DNA of 58,925 nt, filler included, from Sphacelaria rigidula (taxonomy: Eukaryota): the NCBI GenBank assembly GCA_964200075.2. It is 7 parts of 7 records of this genome, joined end to end, with 100 filler letters (N's around TTAATTAATTAA, not from the genome) between each part and the next. Parts side by side here need not be neighbours in the genome. Positions count along the whole stretch, not along the records: positions 8,434 to 16,765 come from CAXNAA020011492.1; positions 16,866 to 25,197 come from CAXNAA020011493.1; 5 more parts are not named here. The stretch is one strand, 5' to 3'. Position 1 is the stretch's first letter. The number at the start of each line of letters is the position of its first letter. The translations under genes and the position numbers were made by a program. A model generated the notes under the pieces. It was given only the letters and a program-made list of their open reading frames with translations. It had not been told where the DNA came from and searched no databases. Shown piece by piece: positions 11,859 through 23,800 of the stretch.

Positions 11859-12102
11859 GCGGGTATGACTTGATCGCGATGTATACCATCATCCCCGAAG
11901 GCTTCGGCGAATCAGACTCCATGGCGATCGCAAGCTCCAAACCAAGTTCGTCTAGCGAATACGTGGGCTGTTTCGGGAATGTGACGCATGCTCGGCCCCT
12001 GGACGTCGTCCACACCTCTGGGGAGGAAATGACGCCCGCCAAGTGCGAGGTGTTCTGCACTAAGCGTAGAGGGACGGTTTACGGGCTGGAGGCTTCTGAT
12101 GA
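11859..12102 (+). CDS. WSC-domain protein, exon C
   Basis: TTTTTCAG acceptor, GTGAGT donor at 12103; GYDLIAMY...EYVGCFG...MTPAKCEVFC...YGLEASD; phase 1 in, phase 2 out. Confidence 0.92.
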
Positions 12103-12805
12103 GTGAGTGGTCGTCGATGTGATTGATCGATGTGATCGATGACTTCGTGTAGACATAATCTAACTTTTTATTTTTATTTTCTCTCGATCCCCTCTTCTCG
12201 TGACTAGCTCGTGCGTAGTCTTAAGGAAGGGAATCACATGAACCGATATATGTTTGTCTAGATTGTCTGCCTTGTCCATTTCTTTGTATTGGGCCAACAC
12301 TATCCCACTGTAGCCCGTCCGCAGACTCAGTGGGTAGTCCAGGGGATAGGTGGGGCGATTCTTCTAAGACCACGGTCTCCTTCCCAAGAAGGGGAGGGGT
12401 TTCCAGAGTGACAGAAAAAAGGTACAAGATACACCTTGGCCCATGCTGATTCTGCGCGAAGCAAGATTCTCGTGTACAGTAGGCCCATTGTCGGCAGGGA
12501 AAGCACGTCTCCCAAACAGTATTTGCCCAGAGGTATAACTAGCGACGAGGGCGTTGGAGTTCTCACAAGCTGTTGAACTGTGACATCGTGCGTACTTTTG
12601 AGTTTTGCAGCCTGACTCATTTGCCATGCGCAGATAATTTTTTTCTTGAATTTTGTTCCTTCTCGTGAGCGTGTCATGTTTTGATTCATCACTTGGATAT
12701 GTCTTGTCTCGTGTGGCACGAACGCTAACTGAACAAGATGTAGACAATGCAATCGCCCTAGGATATTTACTCGTGTGTACCCATGCATGTATGTATGCAT
12801 GTATT

Positions 12806-13294
12806 GGCACACTTCAACTGACCCCCCACCGGTCATGATCCAGCCGTGGTGACATGATACACGTACCGGAGACGAAACAACACTGAAACACTGGCTAACG
12901 ACAAAATAAAACACAAGAGGTGAAACAGAACAACAGAGTAGACTAGAGAACGAAAAATGGGGAAAAAGAAAAAGAAATAGCCGGCCTCTGCCAAACGGCG
13001 TCGGTGGTTCTTGCGCAGAACAACACTCATACCCAGCCGTAAAAAACTCAAGGCCGTGGGAGAAGATTGCAGCATCTACTTGGACCGCGTTTTTTGGATA
13101 TGGAACCCTTCACCCCTTGGACAAAGACAACGAGGCGAGGCACCAAAGTGCTCTGGCATACACCGGCCGGAAATAACACGTATATAGGAACAAGTCTGGG
13201 AAAGATGGAGCAGAGAAGAAGGACGAGACTACAAAAGTGAAGCCCGATGTATGCATGTATGTATGTATCCATGTATCCATGTATCCATGTATCC
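12806..13294. mobile_element. Dispersed repeat family 2 (SINE-like) insertion with 15-bp direct flanks
   Basis: ATGTATGCATGTATT at 12791-12805 and 13295-13309; (TATG/TATCCATG)n tail at 13247-13300; shares segments with 1453, 44188 and 48783 copies. Confidence 0.6.
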
Positions 13295-13379
13295 ATGTAT
13301 GCATGTATTCTTCTTGAGCACCTAAAAACATGTCGTGAATATTGGCATGTGTCTCTTGTGTGTCTTGTATATCTCCCAG

Positions 13380-13512
13380 GTGTTGGTGCGGGGACCTCGA
13401 CGGGACTTCGGCGACGGAGGCGGCTGAGGAGGAGTGTAATTCACCCTGCTCCGGAGATGCACAGTCCATGTGCGGCGGAGAATCAACCGCCAGCATCTAC
13501 TCGGTACACTAA
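13380..13512 (+). CDS. WSC-domain protein, terminal exon D
   Basis: CCCAG acceptor; phase 2 completes Glu then CWCGDLDG...CNSPCSGDAQSMCGGESTASIYSVH, TAA at 13510-13512. Confidence 0.92.
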
Positions 13513-13810
13513 GCGATTGCTCATGTCTGGGGTCCCTATAGTCTCTTTTGAGTCTCTCGAATTCACCTTTGGATGAAGCACGGAGAGGACTTCTGTATGC
13601 ACAAGGTCTACTAGCGACTGCCGAAGGTGACATCTACCTATATATATGTATGTCCGAGATCTCCGAAAGGTATCTCAAGCAACGATCTCCGCAAATCCTT
13701 GGATGAAACACGGAGAGGACTGACTTCTACAGAACATGTACGAGGATGGTGCATGTTTTTGGTGCACATGGATTTCAGTGATGAGTGAAAAGTATAAGGA
13801 CACTTCTTGT

Positions 13811-14021
13811 TCTCTCTTGCAGAGAGGAAGTGGCGCCTGTGATGTGTGTTGTTTTTACGCTACACCGTGGAGAGCCTCGTTTGCTCTTGCGCTTAATTTT
13901 TTCTTTGTTGCACTTTCGCCCCCCTCTCTTGCAGAGTGGAAGTGGCGCCTGTGATATGTATTGTTGTTGCGTTACACCATGGAGAGTTTCGTTTGCTCTT
14001 GCGCTTTATTTTTTCATTGTT
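13811..14021 (+). repeat. Two-copy ~113-bp tandem duplication downstream of the WSC gene
   Basis: CTCTCTTGCAGAG.GGAAGTGGCGCCTGTGAT...CGTTTGCTCTTGCGCTT at ~13812 and ~13924. Confidence 0.85.
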
Positions 14022-14699
14022 GGCGATTGATTGCGAGTCTGGTCCGGCGAAAACCCGGCGTGCTCCGTCCCGGCTTTGTAGGAATGCGAGGTCTATGGTC
14101 TGATGACTATGACATGCATGATGATGAGCACACCCTCCCACTCCCCGGCGGTCTTGTTTCCGTTTCGAGTTTTGAAAAAATGGCCACAACGAACAAATGG
14201 CGCGCCTTCTGCTGCTCAATGACTACTATTCGTTGTGCAGGTTAACGCTCATGATTTATGTGTGCGGATGTGTTCCATCTCCGATGGTGAATTATTTGGT
14301 TGGTCAAGTTCAGCGACAATTTTCTTCAATTCAAATTTTTAATTTAATTCATACGGGCCAGTCTACTCTTCACCTCACCTGCGCCCTCGCGCTGCTTGTG
14401 GTGGGTGAAGAGTGAGCGCCCTCGTGTATCATCGGTGTTTATTGGCTGTTTCGGTATGCACTCCGTTGAAGTACCCTCCCTCAGAATTCGATCCGTCAAC
14501 TCTATTTTCCCACTGAGAATATACACGACCGCACGTGTAGTCTGCACGGATGTATTTCTTGCGCACACGATGCATTCCCTTGTGGTAAAATTGTTTTGTG
14601 TCATTCTTGTGTAGGAATCGACGCTAAGCGGCGTGGTCGTTCTTCCGTGTGGTCAGCACTGTTGTTAAGCACTCTGGTAGGTCGAAGTAAGAGTGAGTG

Positions 14700-15330
14700 T
14701 AGGCTGGGATAATAATCGATCAAGAAGGCTCAGCTAGGAGAATGTTTTTCAAGCCGCTTGGGATATTGCCTCGGTGGGGAAGATCGTTTAATAAGTATTG
14801 GACCCGCACGAGGCTTTAGTGTTTATTGCTGCCGTTGTCGGATGGGTTTAGATGGGTGTAAGCGATTGTCCCCAGAGAACGAGTGACGCCGCATAAGTGC
14901 CTATTTACTGTTGTGTCTGTTGTTCACGTGCCGTTGTATTAGGGGCTTGATGCTTGCAACCTTCGGGGGTCCTTCTGCTTGACACGGTGGTGTCGCGAAG
15001 GGGTACAAAGTAGAGCGTCATCAGGCACGCCTCATGAGCAGTGGTTCTCATTGCTCTTTGTAGCTTGAGAATGAATCGCGTGTCGATTACTTGCTTCGTT
15101 CGGTGGGGTTGTATCGAGAGAGTAGAGTTGAGAGCGAAGGCGTAATCGACGGTCCATTCAGTTTTGCGCATGCATATGCGCGAAAAACACCTCTCGAGCT
15201 TGCGTGGAAGGCGGAAGGAGGCATGGTATGATGAAGCCTGTTGAATGGCGTGCCATGCATGTCCCTTGGGTGTGTCATGCCCGTTAACCGTGCGTGTTTG
15301 AGCGAACACGGCAGATCAGGTGGCGTTAGT
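14700..15330 (-). pseudogene. Degenerate Ty3/Gypsy integrase remnant
   Basis: ORF 14905-15309 reads ASSYHA...LER...EWTVDYAFALNST, resembling SSAYHPQTDG..ER...W...L...EFA.N. Confidence 0.4.
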
Positions 15331-16765
15331 TAGCGCGATTCGGAGCTTGGCGTACTGTAGTTACATCATGCTAAGCAGACGAGATGTTGCAAAGAAGTAC
15401 GAAGATGATATGCATGCGTGTGGTTGTACCGAGATTTCTGCATTTAAGTTTTTCCGGAGGATCGCGTGCAGCTCATGACATGGGTAAAGTCATGCGTACG
15501 GTCAGTACATCATCGTGGAGTGGTCGTATATATATTTCGTGTTCGTCGCGCCTAGGTTTCAAGAGGGGTGCATATCGGGTGGACTTTTACGCGCACAACG
15601 GAACGTAAATCTTTCTAGGGCGGTAATGGAGTACAATAGTGTAGGGAGGTGGGGAATGTGTATATAGTAGGATGTCTTGCTTCCGCATCACGGAGTAAGT
15701 CGCCACTGGAAATGTAGAGTCAAATGAAGATATGAATTCGACAAGTAGATACCCCAGAATTGACGATATGAAAATGTGCGATGACATGTTGTCGGATCGC
15801 CGAAATTCTCCAAAATTGTTTTTTTCCCCAGGAACTCAACATTTCGGTTATCGAAATCCAAATTTGTATGGCATGTAGCACACGTCAACAGCCACCAGTG
15901 AGTGAAGCATGGAACCATATTTCGAAGATTTGGTGTGGATACGAAGGTTCTAATTCTCCGGGTTCTCGTCCTCAATGAAAAGCGCCATCCTAAATTTCGA
16001 TGATCGGCTGTTATTTGCTGATCTTATCCTGCCCTTGTCTGTAATTGGCTGGTCCGGAGCTGACCCTCCGGCGACGGCCATCTCTCGGGTCCCATCTGTC
16101 TTCTTTGCATGTTGCTCTACTTTCGAGGCATTGCAGCTATCTATGCTCATGGGTGGTTCTTCTGCTCGTTTTTTTGTTTCAAAAATGTTGGACGAGGGCG
16201 AAAAAAATGGGCAAACGTGAACGATGTATGATTCTTGGCAAGAACCGACACAACTTCCCTGCGCCGAATACCGCGAGAAGTGATAGCTGACGGATACACG
16301 CATCATCTTACACCCCGTGGCCACGGTCCGCGGCTCTTGCACTCCCGAAAAGATACGAGGTCTCAATCGCAGGATTATCCGTGGATGAAAAAAAACTCAC
16401 AAACGTTGACATCGGTCGATTGGCAGCATACATGGACCAGGACTCATGGGAAAATGATTAATACTCACATCACAGTATCACGGTTACTTTCACCAGGTCG
16501 TCGGCTCCTGAAGGGAGGAAAAGTCTCGGAAAACAATGAGCTTTCTTGGGTCACAAATATTTGGCTTGTCCAATGGTTGGTCGTTAGTTTCTTAAAGGCA
16601 ACAGGAAGAGAGACGTACTGTACGTCCCAAATGCTTGCACACTCCGCCAGCCAAAGTACGGGCAAAAAATGTGTGTTTCCACTAATGCCGCGATAGCCCC
16701 CATCGCGCCCCCCCCCCCACCACCACCCCCGAGGAGAGCCCACCAACAACACTATTGCTGTCAAT

Positions 16766-16865
16766 NNNNNNNNNNNNNNNNNNNNNNNNNNNNNNNNNNN
16801 NNNNNNNNNTTAATTAATTAANNNNNNNNNNNNNNNNNNNNNNNNNNNNNNNNNNNNNNNNNNNN
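16766..16865. other. Artificial contig spacer
   Basis: N44-TTAATTAATTAA-N44. Confidence 0.99.
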
Positions 16866-17375
16866 CCCCCCTCCCCTCCCCCCCGGAAGGGAAAACGAGA
16901 CAAACCCCCCCCTCCCCCCCCCCCCCAATTGAAAATGGCCGCCAATAGATGGATGCTCGGAACTTCACTCTCGAAACTGTACCAGAAATACTTCGCCTTT
17001 TTGCTGTTCATCCTTTATTATTCCGATGACGATGTACAAATACGGAGGATAGGGGGAAATATACGATGTGAGGGGAGAACTGTAGTTACACCAAGATATG
17101 GAACATCTTTCACTTCCTGTCTCCACTCCTCCCCCCCCCCCTCCCCGTGGCCTCAGACATCACCATGACATCACAAAAGCAGTGCGAAGGCCTTCGCAAG
17201 AAGCTACACCATCTGCAGGAGCCATATACAGCACATGGACAACTAACTGGTTTGGTGGATTGATCTTTCCCTGCATCCCCCCCCGCCCCCCCCTCCCAAA
17301 AGATGTGTAAAAGGTTTTTGTGTAATGTATGGAGGAAGCGTAATGAGCGCCCAATGTTGGAGGTGTCTGTATTAG

Positions 17376-17463
17376 GAGTAGGAACGGTGCTCCGTCTTGA
17401 AAAGGACGCGTGATCAATGGCCAGGTGCCTAAGGCAAGCAACAAATAAGTACTCCTCCCCCCT
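17376..17463 (+). repeat. Extended copy of the conserved ~50-bp motif
   Basis: GAGTAGGAACGGTGCTCCGTCTTGAAAAGGACGCGTGATCAATGG...CTAAGGCAAGCAACAAAT aligns with 32637-32728. Confidence 0.75.
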
Positions 17464-17533
17464 CTCTCCCAACAGGGTGCGACATAGTGTTCACGTGACT
17501 CCGATAAATATGCATTATAGCCACCTCTCTCAC

Positions 17534-17862
17534 TTGGTCAAGTCAGGACAGACGCCCTGCACTCCGTGAAATACCGCCCCGAAGAGCGATTTCATGAGAC
17601 GTCGCGACAAGTGGAAAGCCTTCCCATCTCCCATCATGAGCAAGTTTGGGTCCCCCCCCCCTCCCCCAGCTGCTCGCCCTCCGCCCGTAGACCGCTGTAC
17701 ACGCAAAGCCCTGACTTGTATAAGGTAGATCACCGTATGTGATCGTTCATGGCAAATATCAGTCGACACAACCATCGATGCGGTGACGGCGACGCCAGAA
17801 GGAAAAGAAGGGGGTGGGGGGACCGGGGGGGGGGATAGTTGAAGCAAAGAAAACGCCGCCAT
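17534..17862 (-). CDS. Probable first coding exon of a Ser/Thr protein kinase
   Basis: ATG at 17862, GTGAG donor after 17534; Pro-rich N-terminus then KAFHLSRRLMKSLFGAVFHG, resembling a degenerate kinase subdomain I; no downstream exons in this contig. Confidence 0.45.
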
Positions 17863-18063
17863 CACACGAAAAATGGAGAGGAAAAGAGAATGCAAAAGAG
17901 GGGCAAACCAAAGTGAAGAAACATAATACTTGTTGAATAATACAAGGGGTAACGGAAACAAAGTCATGACAATCCAAACCAAGACCAGTTCGGTTGGTAT
18001 TCATTGGGACATATTTTCCACTTTTGGGACATTCGCGACAAGGTTTTTGACTCTCAAACAGGT

Positions 18064-18368
18064 GGTGTCGCTCATCACACGTTTTGGACACTTTGCATCA
18101 ACCCTCCTAGAGGCGTCCAGCCCACGTTTCCGATTCGCTTGGCTCCGAGGTTTCAAAAATGGCCTCTGAACCAAAATAAAGCTGGACAAAAAATGCGGTG
18201 TCTGCACGTATTTTTGTAAAAATACCCGCAGACACCGCATTTTTTTTGTCCAGGCGTACTTTAGTTTAGAGGACATTTTCGAAACACCTGAGCCAAGCGA
18301 ATCGAAAGGGTGCACTAGACTCCTCCTGGGAGTGATGCAAAGTGTCCAAGACGTGTGATCGCGACACG
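18064..18368. mobile_element. ~305-bp foldback palindrome (MITE-like)
   Basis: GTGTCGCTCATCACACGTTTTGGACACTTTGCATCA...TGATGCAAAGTGTCCAAGACGTGTGATCGCGACAC, centre GTATTTTTGTAAAAATAC at 18208-18225. Confidence 0.85.
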
Positions 18369-18754
18369 TTGTGCGTGACGTAACTCAAATCTGCTGAGAA
18401 CTCAATGAGGAGCGACGATTTGTTGGAGATGCACGCACAGCACACGCACACAAACGGCCCGTGACGAAACCTTTTCGGTAGCAATTCTGATTTCCTCCGA
18501 TCCAGTGTGGATTTCCGTCAAGGACTGCCGTGTGTAGATCAGTAAGGACTAGCGCTGGAGCTAATGTACGTGGGTGATGGGTGTCTGTGCGTGTTTTTTC
18601 GGAGCGTGGTGCGTAGGTGTTCTGTTGCCTCGTTGCGCTTTGTCTGTGACAGTACAGAGATGTTGGACTAACAACCGCTTTCAGAACCGCCGCATTTATG
18701 AATTTGTGTAGATATGAGCTTCGGTCTGAACACAAACTAAAAATTGCTTCTCAA

Positions 18755-19791
18755 CCCTTTTGGGACCGGACCCCCACTAACACAGGGTTGACCCTGTGTT
18801 AGTGAAATGATAAGAAATGTCTTCGAGCGACCTGCCCAGTCACGGTGAGGCGAAATTTATCGACAAGACCCGAACGATCAGCGCGGGGATTGTTGTCGAG
18901 TGTAATGCCACTGCAAAGATCGTGTGGGGGCCCTACCCCTGGCCTAGATAAGCCTCCCCAGGTGTCTAAGTGCAGGGTAGTCGCAGCTTGGTTTTGTCGT
19001 ACTACTTGCTCTCAGTATACCGTTCCCGAATTTTTCCGGAGTGTTTTTTGGGCCCCAATTCTTTACTAAAACGTAGTAATTTACACGAACACAGGGTGGA
19101 CCGGAAAAACCCGGGAAGGAGTGTCCATGCCACCATGTGGTCATTTTCACGAGGCACAAAATCCAGGTGGGCTGTGGAAAGACAAAAGGAGCTACCGTAA
19201 TGAATTCTGCGTATCCCTCTGCCGATGACTTGCAGTGTGCAGTCCACATGTATGTAGTGGACGGGGATGATGAAGCTGTTAATAGGCAGCTGATTTCGGT
19301 AGCTGAGAATTGTCGAGAACGTGCAAGGGAGTATGCAGCGGCAGCTGCTGCTTCAGTCGGAGAGGTGTACTGTACTGTACTGTTGTATGCATGCGCGCCG
19401 CAATGCTGATACCCTTCGAAGAGAATATTCGCTGCATGCAGCAAGGGGGGAAATGTGTGTGGCAAGGTGATGAAGACAAAAGTATCATCCAAAGCCACAT
19501 GTCACCGCATCCTGTTGGAAGCTCTCTACCACGACTCACACTGCTTGCTACAGCAGATGCACACCACCTGATGCGCACCCTGCACCTGAAAACAGATTGG
19601 ATAAAACTTTCGGTCTTCGTCATAACAACCCTGCGGTTACATACGCGGATTTTCAGCAACATGCCACTGTTTCGTGCAGACGCCAGACGCGTCATTCCTG
19701 ACCAAAGGATATGACAAAGAGCAGCTCCTTGTCATATCCTTTGTTCCTGACCAGCCTCATTGGTCGTTCTGGAGGCCCGGTCCCAAAAGGG
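18755..19791. mobile_element. piggyBac-like non-autonomous element (~1.04 kb)
   Basis: Perfect 15-bp TIR CCCTTTTGGGACCGG (18755-18769 / 19777-19791), flanks TCAA and TTAA; subterminal hairpins at 18775-18804 and 19703-19743. Confidence 0.75.
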
Positions 19792-20660
19792 TTAATAAGA
19801 CTCAAACTGGTCGTGGTGGGGGCAATCCCAATTGCAAAAGGGATTTTCGAAAAGGGGATTATCCCCTTGAATAAAAACCCGCCTTAGGGGGCGTCTTAAA
19901 AAACAAATCGACAAGAGCGGCGGAGAAATTACGATCTGATAGGTCCATGTCATTTATGTTCTTATATAGCTTCAGCTCTTGCTCATCATTCTTCGCGCGC
20001 GACCGGATTGCAAAAAATGGGAAAAGCTCAGCTTTTTCGATCGAAAACATGGGGCGGAAAGGCACAAAGGGGAACTCGACTCTCATCTTGCGGACGACCC
20101 CGCAATTACCACCCGTTCACACAACCACGCAAACCCCACATACTTCATTCTCTGCTACCACTTCAACCCTGCAGCATAGAGCACGAGCTGAGTAAAATGA
20201 TACACACACTGCGGTGGTTGAGCACCGGCACTATTACCCTTGGGATGATACGCTTCCTTTTTTTTGGCGGAAATTTGAGCACCCTCTCTTATGGTAGGGG
20301 TTGGCGACAGAAGAGAGTCGTACGGTGGGCGACCGAATTGCTTAGACGCTAATGGACAGTACAAGACAGTACTGTGCTGTCTGTACTGAACGTTGCCCCC
20401 CATTTTTTTTACACCCTACTGTGCGAAAACACACCAAGTATGCACAGACGGTACAGACAGTATGGTTTTGTCTATTGCCTGTCCTGAGTTTCAAGTGATG
20501 GAGTACCGCTTTGCGAATTCCACCGTTCTTTTTCGCTTCTGCGCTTGCACACTTTCTCTGAGCCAAAACACGCAAAACAAACGAATTTGCTTGAAATCAA
20601 TTCCGCGGCACATTTCCGTTCGATATCGAAAACAAATTCGACAAGAGAAATGCCCTGTAC

Positions 20661-20770
20661 CCGAAAATTCATCGTTGCCTTCTCCGCCTGTGACGTCAAC
20701 CCGCACCAAACCCCCTTACTCGAAAATTCATTGTTGCCTTCTCTGCCTCTGACGACAACCCGCACCAAAC
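20661..20770 (+). repeat. Two-copy ~59-bp tandem repeat
   Basis: CGAAAATTCAT.GTTGCCTTCTC.GCCT.TGACG.CAACCCGCACCAAAC twice. Confidence 0.8.
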
Positions 20771-20999
20771 TTGATTGCGTGCACACACAGGTCGACACAA
20801 CATATACACGCCTCAAAAGCGGTCGAGGGCCAAATGGGCAAAAGTCCGTAGGACCCCTCGGATGGAGCAGCTTGCTGCTACTGTACTGTATCTTCTTGTG
20901 AACAGCCGCCACTCGAAACAGCCAGACCATAGCTGCAAACAGCGGCGCAGCGTATGCTTTTTTTGCCAACAGCAGCACAGTCAGCACACTTGCGGTAAC

Positions 21000-23800
21000 G
21001 CCGTGTTTACTCCGTGCATTCAGTGTCGTACTATGCTGTGCTGTGTACTTTCACTCGGCGGCTCCGACACATCGTTACGGGTCTCTGTGAAAATATTTGG
21101 AACATACGCACCGAGCCTTCAGTCGAACGAGAATCCGTGCGGGCACATCGTACAGTACACGAAGGGGTAGGAGATCCTAGCAATTGTTGTGAGGGTAGTC
21201 AAAACGCCATTGCTTGAGGCCTATGGTGAGTCACGTAGAGTGGATGGCTTCCATCGAAATGTCGACAAGAACAACTTATCGTATAGCACCGGGGCTTGAT
21301 TTTTGTCCTCGAAGGCGATATGTGCCTTTTTCAGTCTATCTGTAGTAGGTGCTCACGCTCACCACCACTACACCACCTACAGTACCTCTCACATTCTAAA
21401 TCGCTGTCCCATGCGTTTTCGTGCTCTGTAGACCACCGGATGACCAACATTTTCAAGATGGTGAACTCCAAGCCGCAATGAGTTGCACCCCACATTTCAG
21501 TTATATGGAAAGCACTACTCCAGGACATAATTTGGTCATGGGGTATCAGCTCAACGCTCTTCATCCTGGTCGTACTATAAAACGTCGAAATCATCGAGCA
21601 CAGCCGCCGCGGAGCGGACGAATTCGACAACCACTTTTCAGAGTCGGTACAGGCCGTCATCCGTCAGACGGGCAGAAGACAATGACCAGCACGCCAAAAA
21701 CGAACCGTCGTGCTTGGTTGTACACGCACAACTAGTCAGGAGGGCAAGCAGGGTACCCTCGACAGATATACGCTGTGCGTCGGAGGGGGCAGGGTGGTAG
21801 GAAAAAGGAGCAGCGCTCCTTCGGAACAACTAGCTGTCTGCGCTGCTGCTATGTGAACCAGTAGCGCGCAGGCAGTCGAGGCAAGCCAGAACCCACTGCA
21901 GATGTGGGTACAGCGTGACAGTTATCTACGGACCACAGTTCACGGAGACGTCAAGGATGCGGACAAGTGCCGCCAAAGATACACTTCTCCGACCCCCGGA
22001 TGGTGGATGACTCTCTCCGTGACTATGGGAGTCGGCACTACATGGCACTATTACTCGTACACATCAGAAAGCTTTATCAGAACAATTTTTCACGGGCCGG
22101 CACTACATGTTAAGGCCCATACTCACGATCTCGGCGCTTACTCGGCTGCAGCGCGTTATTTTGAGTTGGATGACGATTGTTGCTGTTTTTTTTCGAACAT
22201 TGCGAACATGAAACAATCCATGAAACTTTGGGGATGGCGCGCGAATGATGTGCAGGGTAATATCTCGTGAGATCTTCACCGCAGGCCGCAGAGTTGGGTG
22301 CTGGGTAAATTTTCAAAAAACATTTCACGCGGATGCCGCCTGGCAAGAGCTGCGCAAAGGAAAAGCTCTCGGGGAAAACATCATCTAGCTATCAGTCCAA
22401 TGTATAGATATTAGTCCATTTGCTGTTGGTATCGTCATTTTTCCGGGGAATACAAGCAGGTCGCCCCGGTGGCTCAGTCGGTACACAAATGTCAATTTCA
22501 TGGTCGACGAGGGAAAGGAACTGCTAAATCCCTATCGCGATAACAAAGAAGGTAAGCACCGTAGAAGAAAGGAGGGAGACTTCAACAAAATATGAAAAAA
22601 TCCTGTGGTCGCCTCCCTCCTGTGTGACCCCAGCGGATGCGCCCACATATACCGAAAGGTGTAGAGTGGTGTTCAGAATGGATGGGATGACAACACACAC
22701 ACAGTGCCACTCATGAGCAAAACCCAAATATCCAAGTAGCTGCTGGGGCCGCGACTTGATCTCGGGAGTAAATGCAGGCATCCGATGAAAAACAATGTTG
22801 AGAAAAAAAAAAAAAACGTGCATATGACACGCGGAAGATTTTCTGTTCCTCTGAGGGCGCCCACACTTTGCAACCGACAGAAAAAGAAAGCGATCCAATG
22901 GTTGCTTCAGTTTTGTACGTACAACCCGTCCTTCGCCTTCGTTTCGTGTGGCATAAACTGGTGGGGCTGGGCACGGGAGAACGCCAACTTTTCTCGGTGT
23001 TGATGGTAATAACTGACCGTCTGTGGTCGTGTCAACGCACCGGAGTCCAGTACAGTACAGTCAAGGTACAGTCGGACCAGTTCGGTGCACACTGTAGATC
23101 CAGTAAAGCACAAAAACAGTACCATAAAAAAAGGTGAGAGTGGCGCTATCATCGCGTCTGCTGCAGTCATTGCATTGTCGTACTGTACGGGCTGGTATCG
23201 CCGCTCCCTCTCTTGTTAGAGACAAATGTGGGTCACTTTCGTACAATCCCCCCGCTCCTGCAAAATACGGTGGGTGCAGTCCGTATTGAGAATGATCGCT
23301 CGTACGATGGGACCTTGTTTTGTCGGGGATGGTGCTGCCCCGAAAAGGCCTTTCTTTTCAACGGGCTGTGCCAAAACGACAACGACAAACTGCCAAAACA
23401 TGCGAGCAAATCTATCGAGCTGATACGAGAAGAGACGTATTCAGCTCTTAATGGGAGTATATCTACTGTACACACTATCAACAGCGTGAACAGTCTTCTC
23501 ACCACAGCATTGCGGTACGGAAATGCACCGCGTGTCTGCTGCACTACTACAGTAGTAGTACATTGCGTAGGCTTTTGCACTGTTGTCTGTACCTTGGAAC
23601 AAACACGCTACAGTCCAACAGGCAGGACACTACAGCACGGCCTAAGAACCCACCTGCAAGGTGTGAGTTGCGGAAACTCGAACCCGCACATGGTCGTTCT
23701 GATAGCTGGCCATGCGAAGGGATCCACCAAAGATCGGTGCTCCCCGTTATCGTCCACGTCTAGCACCTCCATGAGGGAGGATATAGCCTCGCGCACTTTA
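21000..23800 (+). pseudogene. Heavily decayed Ty3/Gypsy pol (RT end, RNase H, integrase, C-terminal region) interrupted by a SINE
   Basis: Ordered remnants on + strand: GHIV (RT), FSCSVDHRMTNIFK and IEH.RRGA (RNase H), HGDVKDADKCRQR (integrase Zn region), KLWGW, KTSSSYQSN, QFCTYN, ARTMGPCFVG, DKLPKH. Confidence 0.55.
22455..22703 (+). mobile_element. tRNA-derived SINE family 1 copy with internal deletion
   Basis: Head GGTCGCCCCGGTGGCTCAGTCGG joined directly to body GTACACAAA; ends GATGGGATGACAACACACACAC. Confidence 0.8.
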
